From IMG/VR virus record IMGVR_UViG_3300037780_000034, positions 192,001 through 256,000 of that record: a stretch of DNA of 64,000 nucleotides; one strand, 5' to 3'. Source of the DNA: a virus (taxonomy: Duplodnaviria > Caudoviricetes). Positions 8,433-17,873 of this stretch are shown piece after piece. The notes under the pieces are model-generated. The model was not told the DNA's origin. It made no database searches and saw nothing but the letters and a program-made list of their open reading frames with translations. Both the position numbers and the translations under genes were made by a program. Each line of letters opens with the position of its first letter. Position 1 is the stretch's first letter.

Positions 8433-9623
8433 TCATTCATAATAAACCGTTGTTCCAAACGGTGCCTTAATTGTTTTTGTGCTATGTGCAACAAATAAAG
8501 TATCACAATAGTTTGGGTCTCCCCATTTATTGAACGGCATCATATCTGTAAACATAATGAACTGTTTTGGTTCAATATTTTGACTTTTCATAAAATCCCA
8601 GTTTGCCATAAAATCAGTTCCACCGCCGCCGCGAATTTGATATTCACGAATGTCGCGCCCATCATCGTGCGTAAACTTTTCATATCCATAAACACGGGTA
8701 TCAAACTGCCAAATACGAATTGTATATTGATCAAATTGTTCCATAATACCATTAACTTCTCCAAGAAAATCTTCAAGAGTTTTCTGAGAAATAGAACCAC
8801 TCGTATCAATACCAATAGCAACTTCAATTTCTTCACCGGGGGTCATACCAGGAAGAACTGCAGACATATGCCAACCTTTACGATTAGGACGCATCCAAGA
8901 AAAATCATTTTTGATTGAACTTTCAATGCTTGATCTAATATGCTGTCTCCAGTCCATTTTGGATTCTGTTAGGTTTTTAATCAAACGCTTGATTTCAGTG
9001 GGAACACTGTCAGATGCAGCAGCAGCTTGTAACACAGCTTGACGAATATCATCAGAAATAGACTTTATATCTTCTTTTGAAATGCTTGGCATTTTTCCTT
9101 TACCATCGCCATCGCCATCGCCGTTGCCTTTTCCATCGTCATTATCAGAACCTTCTCCTGAAATATCAAGATGAACGTCAAGAGTATCTTTATATGCTGC
9201 TTTGTTTTTATTTAATTCTTCATAAACTTCCTCAGTAGTCATACCTGAATATTTATTATCAAGAAGAATAGGAACAGTTGTTATAACTGAACCAATATGT
9301 TCACGTTGTAGCATAAGATTAATAACATAATCGCCTGCCATATTCCACAGCTTTTTATCACGTGCATCTACTCGCAAAAAATGCTCAAAAATGCAATGAC
9401 CAAGTTCGTGACCAACAAGAAATACTAGTTCATCTTGACTTAACTTATTTACAAAATCAGCATTGTAATAAAAGTTACGATAATCTGTTGCAGCGGTATT
9501 ACACCATCCTTCATCTGTTACATCAATAAGACGCATACGAAGCGCCATTTGTCCAAAAAAAGGATGCTTAAAAAGCAAGCGCATACGTGCTTTTACTAAT
9601 TTGGTTTCAGCAGTGTCTGACAT
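8433..9623 (-). CDS. HExxH metallopeptidase-like plus vWA domain protein (MoxR partner)
   Basis: TAATD, LVGHELGH (HExxH), WNMAGDYVIN, D/G-rich linker, MIDAS DTSGS, GGGGTDF, FTD. Confidence 0.88.
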   Translation of the reverse strand: MSDTAETKLVKARMRLLFKHPFFGQMALRMRLIDVTDEGWCNTAATDYRNFYYNADFVNKLSQDELVFLVGHELGHCIFEHFLRVDARDKKLWNMAGDYVINLMLQREHIGSVITTVPILLDNKYSGMTTEEVYEELNKNKAAYKDTLDVHLDISGEGSDNDDGKGNGDGDGDGKGKMPSISKEDIKSISDDIRQAVLQAAAASDSVPTEIKRLIKNLTESKMDWRQHIRSSIESSIKNDFSWMRPNRKGWHMSAVLPGMTPGEEIEVAIGIDTSGSISQKTLEDFLGEVNGIMEQFDQYTIRIWQFDTRVYGYEKFTHDDGRDIREYQIRGGGGTDFMANWDFMKSQNIEPKQFIMFTDMMPFNKWGDPNYCDTLFVAHSTKTIKAPFGTTVYYE

Positions 9624-9655
9624 TGTATCTCTCCGATGATTCGCTATTATAATTT

Positions 9656-9684
9656 ATATTATCATATGCGTGATGATATGTCAA
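9656..9684 (-). promoter_or_regulatory. sigma70-type promoter TTGACA-N17-TAATAT for the vWA-peptidase gene
   Basis: The -35 box (9684-9679) overlaps the TGA stop of the upstream Hef-like gene. Confidence 0.55.
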
Positions 9685-11891
9685 GGTGTTTTCCATACCC
9701 ATTCACATTTTCCACAATCCCATATACGGGGAATTCCCAGTAATTCTAATGCTTCTCTTTCAGAGATTCCATCATTATCTAACATTTCTTTTAATTCTGG
9801 AAATTTAGTTTTAATATTTTTTTTAGTAAAATTACTTTTATGTGTTCTTTTTGCATTGAACAAATATCGGTAATCTGGCTTTAATATACCTATAAAATTA
9901 AAACCATTTGTTTTATATACATTTCCTGTAAAACAAGTGTTATCACTAAAACTTACTACTTCGCTAAATTGTAAATCACCTTGTGCATAACTAAATATCT
10001 TTGAAAATAAACCGGGATGATTATAATTATCCATAACAAATCTTTTTAATTCAAATCTACCATTACGTGTTGTGCCAAATGTCATAACACTTATAAGATT
10101 GTTATCTTTGTCAAATGCACCATAATGCGTTCCAGCAACATATCGTTGTAAGTGATATTTATCTAAAAAGTGTCTTGCCGTTCTTCCATTTATACGTTTT
10201 ATTTTAGCTTTTCTTGCTGGAATGCCTCTTTGTTTTTTATTGAAAAATGTCAATAACATATTTTTAATTTTGTCACATTGTAAATTCCAGTCATCTTCAA
10301 ATACACTCACAAGATGTATATTTTTATCATTGCATATCTTCCACTTATTGTAATGATAATATTTGTCATTTATAAATGCATCACTATGATAATACACACC
10401 ATTCATTTCTATAGCAATGTTGTATTCTGGAATATAAAAGTCAAGTTCTTTTCCATCAAGAATAGTTCTATTGTTTAATTCATATGTGATATTATTTTCA
10501 TTAAGAAATTGTGCCATTTGGGTTTCAAGATAAGATGGTCCTCGTTTTTTATATAATTCACCAGCATCATATTTTGATATAGTTTTGTAAATCGTAGAAA
10601 TATGAACTCCCAATTCATTAGAAATTTCATAAGCAGTCTTATCTTTTATAAAATCGCAAAATTTATCTTTGTAATTTATAGTATCAATTGCTTTTTCTGT
10701 GTAATATTTTTGATTAGAGAATGGAGTTCCATATCTCTCAATATTTGTTTCACGAATTCTATTTTGTATTTCTGGCGAATTAAATGGGGTTTCTACTCCA
10801 TATCTCTCAATATTTGTTTCACGAATTCTGTTTTGTATTTCTGGTGAATTAAATGGATTTTCTACTCCATATCTCTCAATATTTGTTTGTTTTATTTTTT
10901 CTTGTATTTCTGGCGAATTAAATAGATTTTCTACTCCATATTTCTCAACATTAGTTTCACGAATTCTGTTTTGTATTTCTGGTGAATTAAATGGATTTTC
11001 TACTCCATATCTCTCAATATTAGTTTCACGAATTCTGTTTTGTATTTCTGGTGAATTAAATGGATTTTCTACTCCGTATTTTTGTATATTAGTTTCACGA
11101 ATTTTTTCTTGTATTTCTGGTGAATTAAATGGATTTTCTACTCCATATCTCTCAATATTAGTTTCACGAATTTTTTCTTGTATTTCTGGTGATTGTGAAG
11201 GAACCTTATGCCCATATCTTTGAATATTAGTTTCATAAATTTTTGTTTTTATATTGTCATCTTGAAACCCATAATCAACTCCGTATTTTTGAATATTGGT
11301 TTCACGAATTTTATCACGGATTGACTCTAGTTTCATCACATTGTCAACACCATATCTTTCAATGGCAGTTTGCTTTGCTTTCTCACGGACAGTATGACTT
11401 TTGAACACGTTGTCCACACCATAGCGTTCTATGATAGTTTGTTTTGCTTTCTCACGAATGCTTTCATTTTTAAAAGCATTATCTACACCATAACGATCAA
11501 TGTTAGTTTGCTTTATCTTTTCACGGATTTCAGGTGATTGGGTGGCAACTTCTACACCATATTTTTGTAGATGTATTTGTTTTGTTTTTTGTATTTTATT
11601 TTTATGAGAATTTGAACATTTACTTCCACAATACTCTTGTGTGTTATATCGTGATACACTTATTGGATGAATTTCACACCCACAATTAATGCACGTATTC
11701 AATTGGTAAACATCATTTATTATGAAATAACATCTAACATTAATATGACTTTTTTCAGTATTATTATAAAATTTGGTATGCTCGCATATTTTTGTTTTTA
11801 TATTATCTGGAATAATTCTTGTTTTAACTTTACCATTAACACTATCATAATAATTGTTTATAATTAGCTGTTTTAATTCTTCACGAGTCAT
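9681..11891 (-). CDS. Hef-like homing endonuclease with 13 x 23-aa repeats, a Vsr/DUF559-like nuclease motif and a C-terminal IWDCG domain
   Basis: Cys motif (CINCG...YCGSKCS), YGV repeats, ELDFYIP..NIAIEMNGVYYH, FELKRF, RIWDCG; AGGA RBS supports a start at 11891 (MTREELKQ). Confidence 0.8.
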   Translation of the reverse strand: MTREELKQLIINNYYDSVNGKVKTRIIPDNIKTKICEHTKFYNNTEKSHINVRCYFIINDVYQLNTCINCGCEIHPISVSRYNTQEYCGSKCSNSHKNKIQKTKQIHLQKYGVEVATQSPEIREKIKQTNIDRYGVDNAFKNESIREKAKQTIIERYGVDNVFKSHTVREKAKQTAIERYGVDNVMKLESIRDKIRETNIQKYGVDYGFQDDNIKTKIYETNIQRYGHKVPSQSPEIQEKIRETNIERYGVENPFNSPEIQEKIRETNIQKYGVENPFNSPEIQNRIRETNIERYGVENPFNSPEIQNRIRETNVEKYGVENLFNSPEIQEKIKQTNIERYGVENPFNSPEIQNRIRETNIERYGVETPFNSPEIQNRIRETNIERYGTPFSNQKYYTEKAIDTINYKDKFCDFIKDKTAYEISNELGVHISTIYKTISKYDAGELYKKRGPSYLETQMAQFLNENNITYELNNRTILDGKELDFYIPEYNIAIEMNGVYYHSDAFINDKYYHYNKWKICNDKNIHLVSVFEDDWNLQCDKIKNMLLTFFNKKQRGIPARKAKIKRINGRTARHFLDKYHLQRYVAGTHYGAFDKDNNLISVMTFGTTRNGRFELKRFVMDNYNHPGLFSKIFSYAQGDLQFSEVVSFSDNTCFTGNVYKTNGFNFIGILKPDYRYLFNAKRTHKSNFTKKNIKTKFPELKEMLDNDGISEREALELLGIPRIWDCGKCEWVWKTP
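10725..11595 (-). repeat. In-frame 69-bp (23-aa) tandem repeat array, consensus ETNIERYGVENPFNSPEIQNRIR
   Basis: 13 YG-centred units counted in the translation; the last ~7 are near-identical at DNA level. Confidence 0.92.
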
Positions 11892-11910
11892 ATATATTCC
11901 TACAAACAAA

Positions 11911-11934
11911 ACAGAGGGGCAATTGCCCCTCTGT
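11911..11934 (-). terminator. Palindromic hairpin/terminator between the MoxR and Hef-like genes
   Basis: Perfect palindrome ACAGAGGGGCAATTGCCCCTCTGT followed by TTTGTTTG on the minus strand. Confidence 0.6.
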
Positions 11935-11955
11935 AACAATTCAATACATATTTAT

Positions 11956-13056
11956 TTATGCAGCAGCCATAACCAAATCACCATATTTCGTAAAGAAATG
12001 TTGGCCATTTGGAATTTTCCGTAGAGGAAGTTTCATTTTGTATTGTGTTGCAAGAACGCGAACACTCATAACACTCATTTCAGGTTCAAAGTGTTTCATA
12101 CAAAAGCCCAACATATTGTTAAGCATATCATTGAAATCTTCCTGTGTTACGGTCTTTCCTATGTTATCATAAACTGTTTTTAGTTCATAAGAAAGAGAAG
12201 TAGCCAACGAATACATTGCAGAAATTTCCTTGGTTTTCAGGTTGTCAATCTTTCCCTGAAGAATAAGAGAAGGATCAGGGAGCAAACTTGATACCTCACG
12301 GTGTGCATTGAATTTCAATGCAATCCCTTCACCAACCGCACCAGACACCATATCTGTAATCTCACTTGATGTAAACATATCAGAATCATCAAGAATTTCA
12401 CTTACAAATGACCAAGAACGAGGAGTTGCAAAGCTACGATCCGGAGAACTTGGATCAAAACTATGAAGATCACGCTTAGAAAATGTCAAATATCCAACAA
12501 CGTCAGGATGAATATTGTTTGCAAAAGCCCACTGTTGCCAATCATTGAAATCGACACGAATTTCATAATGAACAAAACGGTTTGCCAATGGTTTAGGCAT
12601 ACGATAAGCAACGCCCTTGTCACTTTCACGGTTGCCAGCAGCAACAACTACAACATTGTCTGGAAGTTTATATGTGCCAACCCGACGATTAAGAATAAGT
12701 TGATATGCAGCAGCTTGGACAGAAGGAGCGGCGCCATTAAGTTCGTCGAGAAATAGGATAACAGTATTAAACTGTGAGGCAAATTCTTCACTTGGTAGTT
12801 CACTTGGTTTTGCCCATTCCATATTATTTGTTGTAGAATTATAATACGGGATTCCTTTAATGTCGGTGGGTTCCCACAGAGGAAGGCGAACATCAATCAG
12901 ATGTGAATTTGGCAGTTCGTTTGCAATACTTGCAACAAGATCACTTTTACCAATTCCGGGGCCTGCCCAAAGCATTGCAGGACGCTTCTTTTTAAAGTGA
13001 TGCTTGATATACTTTTTTGCTTCACTTAGTTTTACTGTGCGTGTTTGTTCAGTCAT
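11956..13056 (-). CDS. MoxR-type AAA+ ATPase
   Basis: Walker A GPGIGKS, DVRL, PTDIKGIP, Walker B LFLDE, AAGN, PLANRF, TPRSW; GGAG RBS supports a start at 13056. Confidence 0.9.
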   Translation of the reverse strand: MTEQTRTVKLSEAKKYIKHHFKKKRPAMLWAGPGIGKSDLVASIANELPNSHLIDVRLPLWEPTDIKGIPYYNSTTNNMEWAKPSELPSEEFASQFNTVILFLDELNGAAPSVQAAAYQLILNRRVGTYKLPDNVVVVAAGNRESDKGVAYRMPKPLANRFVHYEIRVDFNDWQQWAFANNIHPDVVGYLTFSKRDLHSFDPSSPDRSFATPRSWSFVSEILDDSDMFTSSEITDMVSGAVGEGIALKFNAHREVSSLLPDPSLILQGKIDNLKTKEISAMYSLATSLSYELKTVYDNIGKTVTQEDFNDMLNNMLGFCMKHFEPEMSVMSVRVLATQYKMKLPLRKIPNGQHFFTKYGDLVMAAA

Positions 13057-13098
13057 TATTAACTCCATAGTTGAATTGTGTTGTTTGCGTGTTCCAGT

Positions 13099-13127
13099 AA
13101 CATAGTAGAATCACAACGCTATGTCAA
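13099..13127 (-). promoter_or_regulatory. sigma70-type promoter TTGACA-N17-TATGTT for the MoxR gene
   Basis: The -35 box (13127-13122) forms the last two sense codons (TTG ACA TAG) of the upstream Hef-like gene. Confidence 0.6.
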
Positions 13128-14680
13128 CTGGTTTTTCCATACCCATTCGATTTTTCCAGAATCCCAGTATCTGAGTATGTTTAAATAGTTTGTTAAATCA
13201 AACTCGGTTGCACCAGAATTTAACATTTCTTGTATTATTGTATTTTCACTATAGTTTATTTTTATACGTTGTTTTGTTAAAGCACTACGATGTCTCCATT
13301 TGTTATCAATTAAATAATAGTAGCTTGGTCCAAAAGTTTGTCCTTGTTGAAATCCTGCTTTATAATAAACATTACCAGTAAACCAGTCATTCATAGAAAA
13401 TGAAACTATTTGCTGAAAGTCTAATAAAGACTGTGCATATTTAAAAGTTTTAGTAAATAATCCTGGATATTTTGCATTTTTGTTTGTAGCCCATCTTTTT
13501 AATTCAAATCTTCTATCTGCTTTTGAACCACGTGTCCATCCGAACGTCATAACACTAACTAAATTGTTATTGTTGTCAAATCCTCCAAAATGACTAGTTC
13601 CTGCACAAAATCCTTGTAGATGATTTTTTTCTAAAAAGTGTCTGGCGGGTTTAGCGTCTATTTGTTTTATATAACATTTTCTTGCACCGATTACGGGAGT
13701 ATTGTCAATTTTTAAAGATTGATATATTATTGATTTAAACAATTCTGCGTTTAGTTTCCAATCAGACTCACGTATTTGTATCAATTGTATTCCCAAATCA
13801 TTACACATTTTCCATTTTTCATAATGATAGTTTTTATTTTTAAAAATATCACTATGCCAGTAATCTCCATTACATTCTATAGCAATGTTTTTCTCAGGAA
13901 TAAAAAAATCTAATTCAAAAGGTGATATTACTTTTCGTGAGTGTACAATATATTTTATATCTTCTTCGTAAAGAAATTTTTTCAAGTCTGCTTCAAACGA
14001 AGAACGACTTGATATAATAGATTCGCATTCATATTTTTTTATTCTTGATACAACGGTAGTGTTGTCTACATTTAACAAATTAGACATTTCTCCTATTGAC
14101 TTATCTGTTGCAAATTTAATAAAGTTTAATTTGTTGTCAAGTATACTAAGTGTTTCTTGTGGGATATGAGTTTTTTTAAAACTTGAAACACCATATTTTT
14201 TTATATTTGTATGTAACAAATTTTCTTGAAATTCTTTTGTTGCAAAATAATTTTCTTCTCCATACTTTTCTATTAAGGTATTTTTGATTTTTCTCTTATT
14301 TCTTTATTACCAAATGGAGAAATACTTCCATATTTTTTTATGTTTGTATTTTGTATTTTTTGTTTTCTTTGTTTGTTTTGGTCTGTAGACTGATATTCAA
14401 GAATTTTGGTTTTTTGGTTTTCCATAGAACATTTGCATTTAGAAGAATGTGCACAAAATCTCCATCCTTCTTTTAATGATTTTAAACGTCTAATATTTCC
14501 AAATTCACATATATTAGAATCTTCATATAGAACAGACCTTAAATGTTCTATAAAATAGTCGGATTGTATTTTACTATTTTTAAGTATCCATTCTTTTTCG
14601 TCCAGATATTTCTTTGATTGAAGTATCTGGACGAAATGTTTTGGATATTTATTTATTATCTCAATGATATTTGATTTCAT
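13119..14680 (-). pseudogene. Second Hef-like endonuclease split by a -1 frameshift (ORFs 14273-14680 and 13119-14219)
   Basis: Re-reading one A in the A5 run (14281-14285) joins KSK to NTLIEKYGEENYFATKEFQENLLHTNIKKYG, restoring the 23-aa repeat register and a ~520-aa protein with IECNGDYWH and RYWDSG. Confidence 0.8.
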
Positions 14681-14862
14681 AAAATTTCGTGTAGGGATTG
14701 GTATATATCGACAAGTTCTTTTATGTCGCTGCTAGTATATTTTTTTCCTGTAAACCTTTCATACCATTCGTTTGCATCTTTGACTAAATTTGGGTCTATA
14801 TCGGTTTTTAATATAAAGTCTATGTTGATATCATCTCGTCTTAGCATCATTTGTTTCTCCAA
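14677..14862 (-). CDS. Small hypothetical protein
   Basis: 61-aa ORF; its TGA overlaps the ATG of the frameshifted endonuclease. Confidence 0.55.
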   Translation of the reverse strand: MEKQMMLRRDDINIDFILKTDIDPNLVKDANEWYERFTGKKYTSSDIKELVDIYQSLHEIL

Positions 14863-15127
14863 CTGGTGAACAAATATTAATAAGTTCTGAACTAGTCAGC
14901 GTATTATCATTGTTTCCAACATATATAAGTTCTTTTTTTTCTTCGTCAGAAGTTATTTTGATCAATTTGGTTGTTGTTAATGCGCTAATAATGGATATAG
15001 TTCCCATATATACGCCCATAGATATGCCTTTTTGCTGACCTAAGCGTATTCCATTAGATTTACCATAAAAATATGAAATACCAGATATAATCAATCCTAT
15101 CAAAACTGCCATAATACTCGTTTCCAT
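14831..15127 (-). CDS. Small membrane protein
   Basis: Hydrophobic N-terminus (IMAVLIGLIISGISYFYG); GGAG RBS; TATAAATA at 15149-15156 upstream. Confidence 0.65.
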   Translation of the reverse strand: METSIMAVLIGLIISGISYFYGKSNGIRLGQQKGISMGVYMGTISIISALTTTKLIKITSDEEKKELIYVGNNDNTLTSSELINICSPVGETNDAKTR

Positions 15128-15148
15128 AACATATCTCCATATATAAAT

Positions 15149-15156
15149 TATTTATA
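15149..15156 (-). promoter_or_regulatory. T4-type late promoter TATAAATA
   Basis: Exact consensus upstream of the 15127 start. Confidence 0.55.
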
Positions 15157-15161
15157 CTCGC

Positions 15162-15190
15162 AGATTACCAGAATCTACGAGTGTTGTCAA
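15162..15190 (-). promoter_or_regulatory. sigma70-type promoter TTGACA-N17-TAATCT with extended TG
   Basis: TTGACA 15190-15185; spacer ends TTCTGG. Confidence 0.55.
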
Positions 15191-15214
15191 GTAAAAGTTG
15201 TAATGCGTGAAATG

Positions 15215-15538
15215 TTATAGTATCATAGATTCTATCCAAAGAGACATATCACCAATAAGAATTAATGATTGTGCATCTTGTTCATCATATAATATTAATG
15301 ATTTTTCAGATAGATAATAGGGTGTTGATAATCTTTCATTTAACAAAGTTTTTTTATATAATGAAATTGGTTCAGTTATAGGAAACACATAATTAATAAA
15401 ATCTTCACATAGAAGTTCATTTCCTTCATATGTGAGCCTTGTTCCAGAAAATGTTCCAAACAATGTTTCTTCACTAACTTCAAGGTGTGGATAATTTTTT
15501 AGAAAATAATTTACTAAGTTTTTTCTTAATTTATTCAT
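15215..15538 (-). CDS. Hypothetical protein
   Basis: 107-aa ORF overlapping its upstream neighbour. Confidence 0.65.
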   Translation of the reverse strand: MNKLRKNLVNYFLKNYPHLEVSEETLFGTFSGTRLTYEGNELLCEDFINYVFPITEPISLYKKTLLNERLSTPYYLSEKSLILYDEQDAQSLILIGDMSLWIESMIL

Positions 15539-15824
15539 CTTTAGAAAGTGGTGTTCCTTTTTCTAATTTATAAACAACAAAGTCGGTTGTTTGAAATTTT
15601 TTATTGAGCCTGTCTGCTAAGTTATGTGCGTGTGCTACACTTGGAAAAAAAGTTTTTCTATATTTTGGTTGCACATCATCTACATATTCACTTCCCCATT
15701 TTATACTAAAAGGGTGGCCTTGATAAAAAACAGCATATACCCCATCTACTTCTAATATTTCTTCAATTTTAAAAGAAGATGGGTCTTTTTTAGATAATAA
15801 TATTTTTGGTTTTGGTCTTGACAT
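15531..15824 (-). CDS. Hypothetical protein (MSRPKPKILL...)
   Basis: 97-aa ORF with a clean intergenic start. Confidence 0.7.
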   Translation of the reverse strand: MSRPKPKILLSKKDPSSFKIEEILEVDGVYAVFYQGHPFSIKWGSEYVDDVQPKYRKTFFPSVAHAHNLADRLNKKFQTTDFVVYKLEKGTPLSKDE

Positions 15825-15872
15825 AATAAATACACCTATAATAATTTTATATATGTATTTATTATGTTTTGT

Positions 15873-16859
15873 TTATTTTTTGTATGAAGAATTTAAAAAA
15901 GTTGTAAAGTCATTTGGTCTTTCACTCATTTTAACTAAATTAAACTTTCCACAAAATTTCATAAATCGTATACCAACTTGTGTAGGCGTTTCTCTTTCAA
16001 CTGCTTCAACGATTATTTTGTCCATTTCTTCTTTAACATGTTGAGGTTGTTGTGTCAAATCAATAAGAGTTTTATTTCTGTTGTAATCATCAATGACAAT
16101 GTGTTCTTTATTGTTATGATCTGTCCAACGTTGAAGCATAAAGTTGTTCCATTCAAATCCTTTTTTGTCTTTGTCTTCAAAAGCTTGAATTATTCCAACT
16201 TTATTTTTTGTTCCATTTTTTCTAACACCTGGATATGCTGGAAATATGTTGTCACTTGTGTCGCCACGTATGCATTTTTCAAACAACACGTAATTTGGAT
16301 TTCCAATGGTCTTTTGTTTTTTTGTTTTATTATCAATTACTGGCTTGCCGTTATCATTAAACACGCCATCAATAGTAATATGTTGGTTTGCAACACCATT
16401 GTATTGTGAAACATTTTCGCTAATTAGCTGAAAAAAGTCGCTATCTGTAGACACAATAACGTGTTTTTCTTCTGGATGCAATTGAATCCATCTTGCAATG
16501 AAATCATCTGCTTCACATATAGGATGCCTTAATACTGTGCATTTTGTTTCGTTTTTAATATATTCAACAACCTCATTGAATGCGTTATTAAAGATTTCAT
16601 CTTCTTGCTTTTCTTCAGCAGACATTGCATCACGTGTTATTTTTCTGTTTTTCTTATAAGGTTCATAGAAGTCTTTTCTCCAAGACCTTCCTTCTAAACA
16701 AAAAACTACGTGCTTTCCTTCAAAGTCTCTGTATGATTTAGCAATACTTGCAAACAAAATATGAACTGCCATTCCTACTTTTAAATCTATGTCACCAGAA
16801 CGAACTACATGACGTGCACGATAAAAAAGATTTTGAGTATCAACAATAATATAACTCAT
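15873..16859 (-). CDS. rnh: T4 RNase H-like 5'-3' exonuclease
   Basis: IVDTQNLFYR, SWRKDFY..YKKNR, EADDFIA, VSTDSDFFQL, RGDTSDNI, NKTLIDL. Confidence 0.9.
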   Translation of the reverse strand: MSYIIVDTQNLFYRARHVVRSGDIDLKVGMAVHILFASIAKSYRDFEGKHVVFCLEGRSWRKDFYEPYKKNRKITRDAMSAEEKQEDEIFNNAFNEVVEYIKNETKCTVLRHPICEADDFIARWIQLHPEEKHVIVSTDSDFFQLISENVSQYNGVANQHITIDGVFNDNGKPVIDNKTKKQKTIGNPNYVLFEKCIRGDTSDNIFPAYPGVRKNGTKNKVGIIQAFEDKDKKGFEWNNFMLQRWTDHNNKEHIVIDDYNRNKTLIDLTQQPQHVKEEMDKIIVEAVERETPTQVGIRFMKFCGKFNLVKMSERPNDFTTFLNSSYKK

Positions 16860-16891
16860 ATTATTTCTTTCTGCTATGGGTGTAAAATGAT

Positions 16892-16920
16892 AATATATCT
16901 ATATAAGATGTGTTTGTCAA
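16892..16920 (-). promoter_or_regulatory. sigma70-type promoter TTGACA-N17-TATATT for rnh
   Basis: Near-consensus boxes with a 17-bp spacer. Confidence 0.6.
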
Positions 16921-16926
16921 CCCCTT

Positions 16927-17223
16927 TTATTCTGGAAGCGTGTCACTAATTACGCCGCGACAAAGATCATTAAACCATTGTTCAACAATTTCTTCTTCTG
17001 TTCTTCCACTATATCCAGCTTCTTTTAATTGGTTAACAAATGCAGTATTCCAATCTAATTCAAAGTAACCAGTAGATGGATTGTTTTTATCTTCCATATT
17101 AATACGAACAACATCTATCCAAGGTTCATTTGATTTATACTTGTCTTCAATCGTATGAATATTTTCATTACTTTCATCAGGCTTTTTGCCTTTTGATGAA
17201 AATATATTTTTAAGCCATTTCAT
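16927..17223 (-). CDS. Hypothetical protein
   Basis: 98-aa ORF (GYFELDWNTAFV, IVEQWF). Confidence 0.7.
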   Translation of the reverse strand: MKWLKNIFSSKGKKPDESNENIHTIEDKYKSNEPWIDVVRINMEDKNNPSTGYFELDWNTAFVNQLKEAGYSGRTEEEIVEQWFNDLCRGVISDTLPE

Positions 17224-17233
17224 TTTAAGTTCC

Positions 17234-17806
17234 TTATTTTTTTGGAGTCCAATGTTTTAAACATCTTGCTTCATACATTCCATTACTGCCTACATCAACA
17301 GTATTTCCAGTATCTATTAATTTTTGAGTTTTTGTAGCAGGTTGACCACATACGTCGCAATTACTTGTTAATTTAATTATTTCATCACTTATTGCAAGCA
17401 AATGTGCAGATATATAAAAAGGATTTCCAGAACTATCTTGATCTAACCCAGACACTACCACATTAATTCCACTCATAATCCATTTATTTATAATATTTAA
17501 TATTTCAGGATCAAAAAACTGTATTTCATCAAGAAATATTGTATTCATATTTTCAGCATCTTGTAATACTAAATTATCACTAAATGATACTTTTTCGTCT
17601 AAACTTCCAAGATTTAAATAATGACATTTAAATTTATGTCCTGTATGTGTTACAATTTCTTTTTCTTTGCTATATCTGTTATCAATAGAAGGTTTAATAA
17701 CCATTAAAGGTAAATTTTGATGGTTTACCCATAGTATTTTCTTTATTATTTCAGTAGTTTTTCCTGCATACATAGGCCCCATTATAGATGTTAAAGTTCC
17801 TATCAT
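17234..17806 (-). CDS. tdk: Thymidine kinase
   Basis: GPMYAGKTTE, KPSIDNRY, IFLDEIQFF, GLDQD, zinc motif CDVCG...YEARC. Confidence 0.95.
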   Translation of the reverse strand: MIGTLTSIMGPMYAGKTTEIIKKILWVNHQNLPLMVIKPSIDNRYSKEKEIVTHTGHKFKCHYLNLGSLDEKVSFSDNLVLQDAENMNTIFLDEIQFFDPEILNIINKWIMSGINVVVSGLDQDSSGNPFYISAHLLAISDEIIKLTSNCDVCGQPATKTQKLIDTGNTVDVGSNGMYEARCLKHWTPKK

Positions 17807-17833
17807 TTATTTTTCATCCTTTTTATATAATAA

Positions 17834-17859
17834 AAGTAGGCATACTAATATGCCTACTT
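17834..17859 (-). terminator. Intrinsic terminator-like hairpin
   Basis: AAGTAGGCATA-N4-TATGCCTACTT followed by TTATT on the minus strand. Confidence 0.6.
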
Positions 17860-17873
17860 AATGTATCGTGTAT

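Noticed and set aside
10725-11200. Near-identical 69-bp repeats as a CRISPR array
   Set aside because: The repeats are contiguous, in frame, lack unique spacers and lie inside a long ORF; no cas genes are present
15978-16409. 143-aa plus-strand ORF and similar short antisense or nested ORFs in the track
   Set aside because: They overlap well-supported genes on the opposite strand or frame, and their Phe/Ile-rich composition is typical of AT-rich shadow frames
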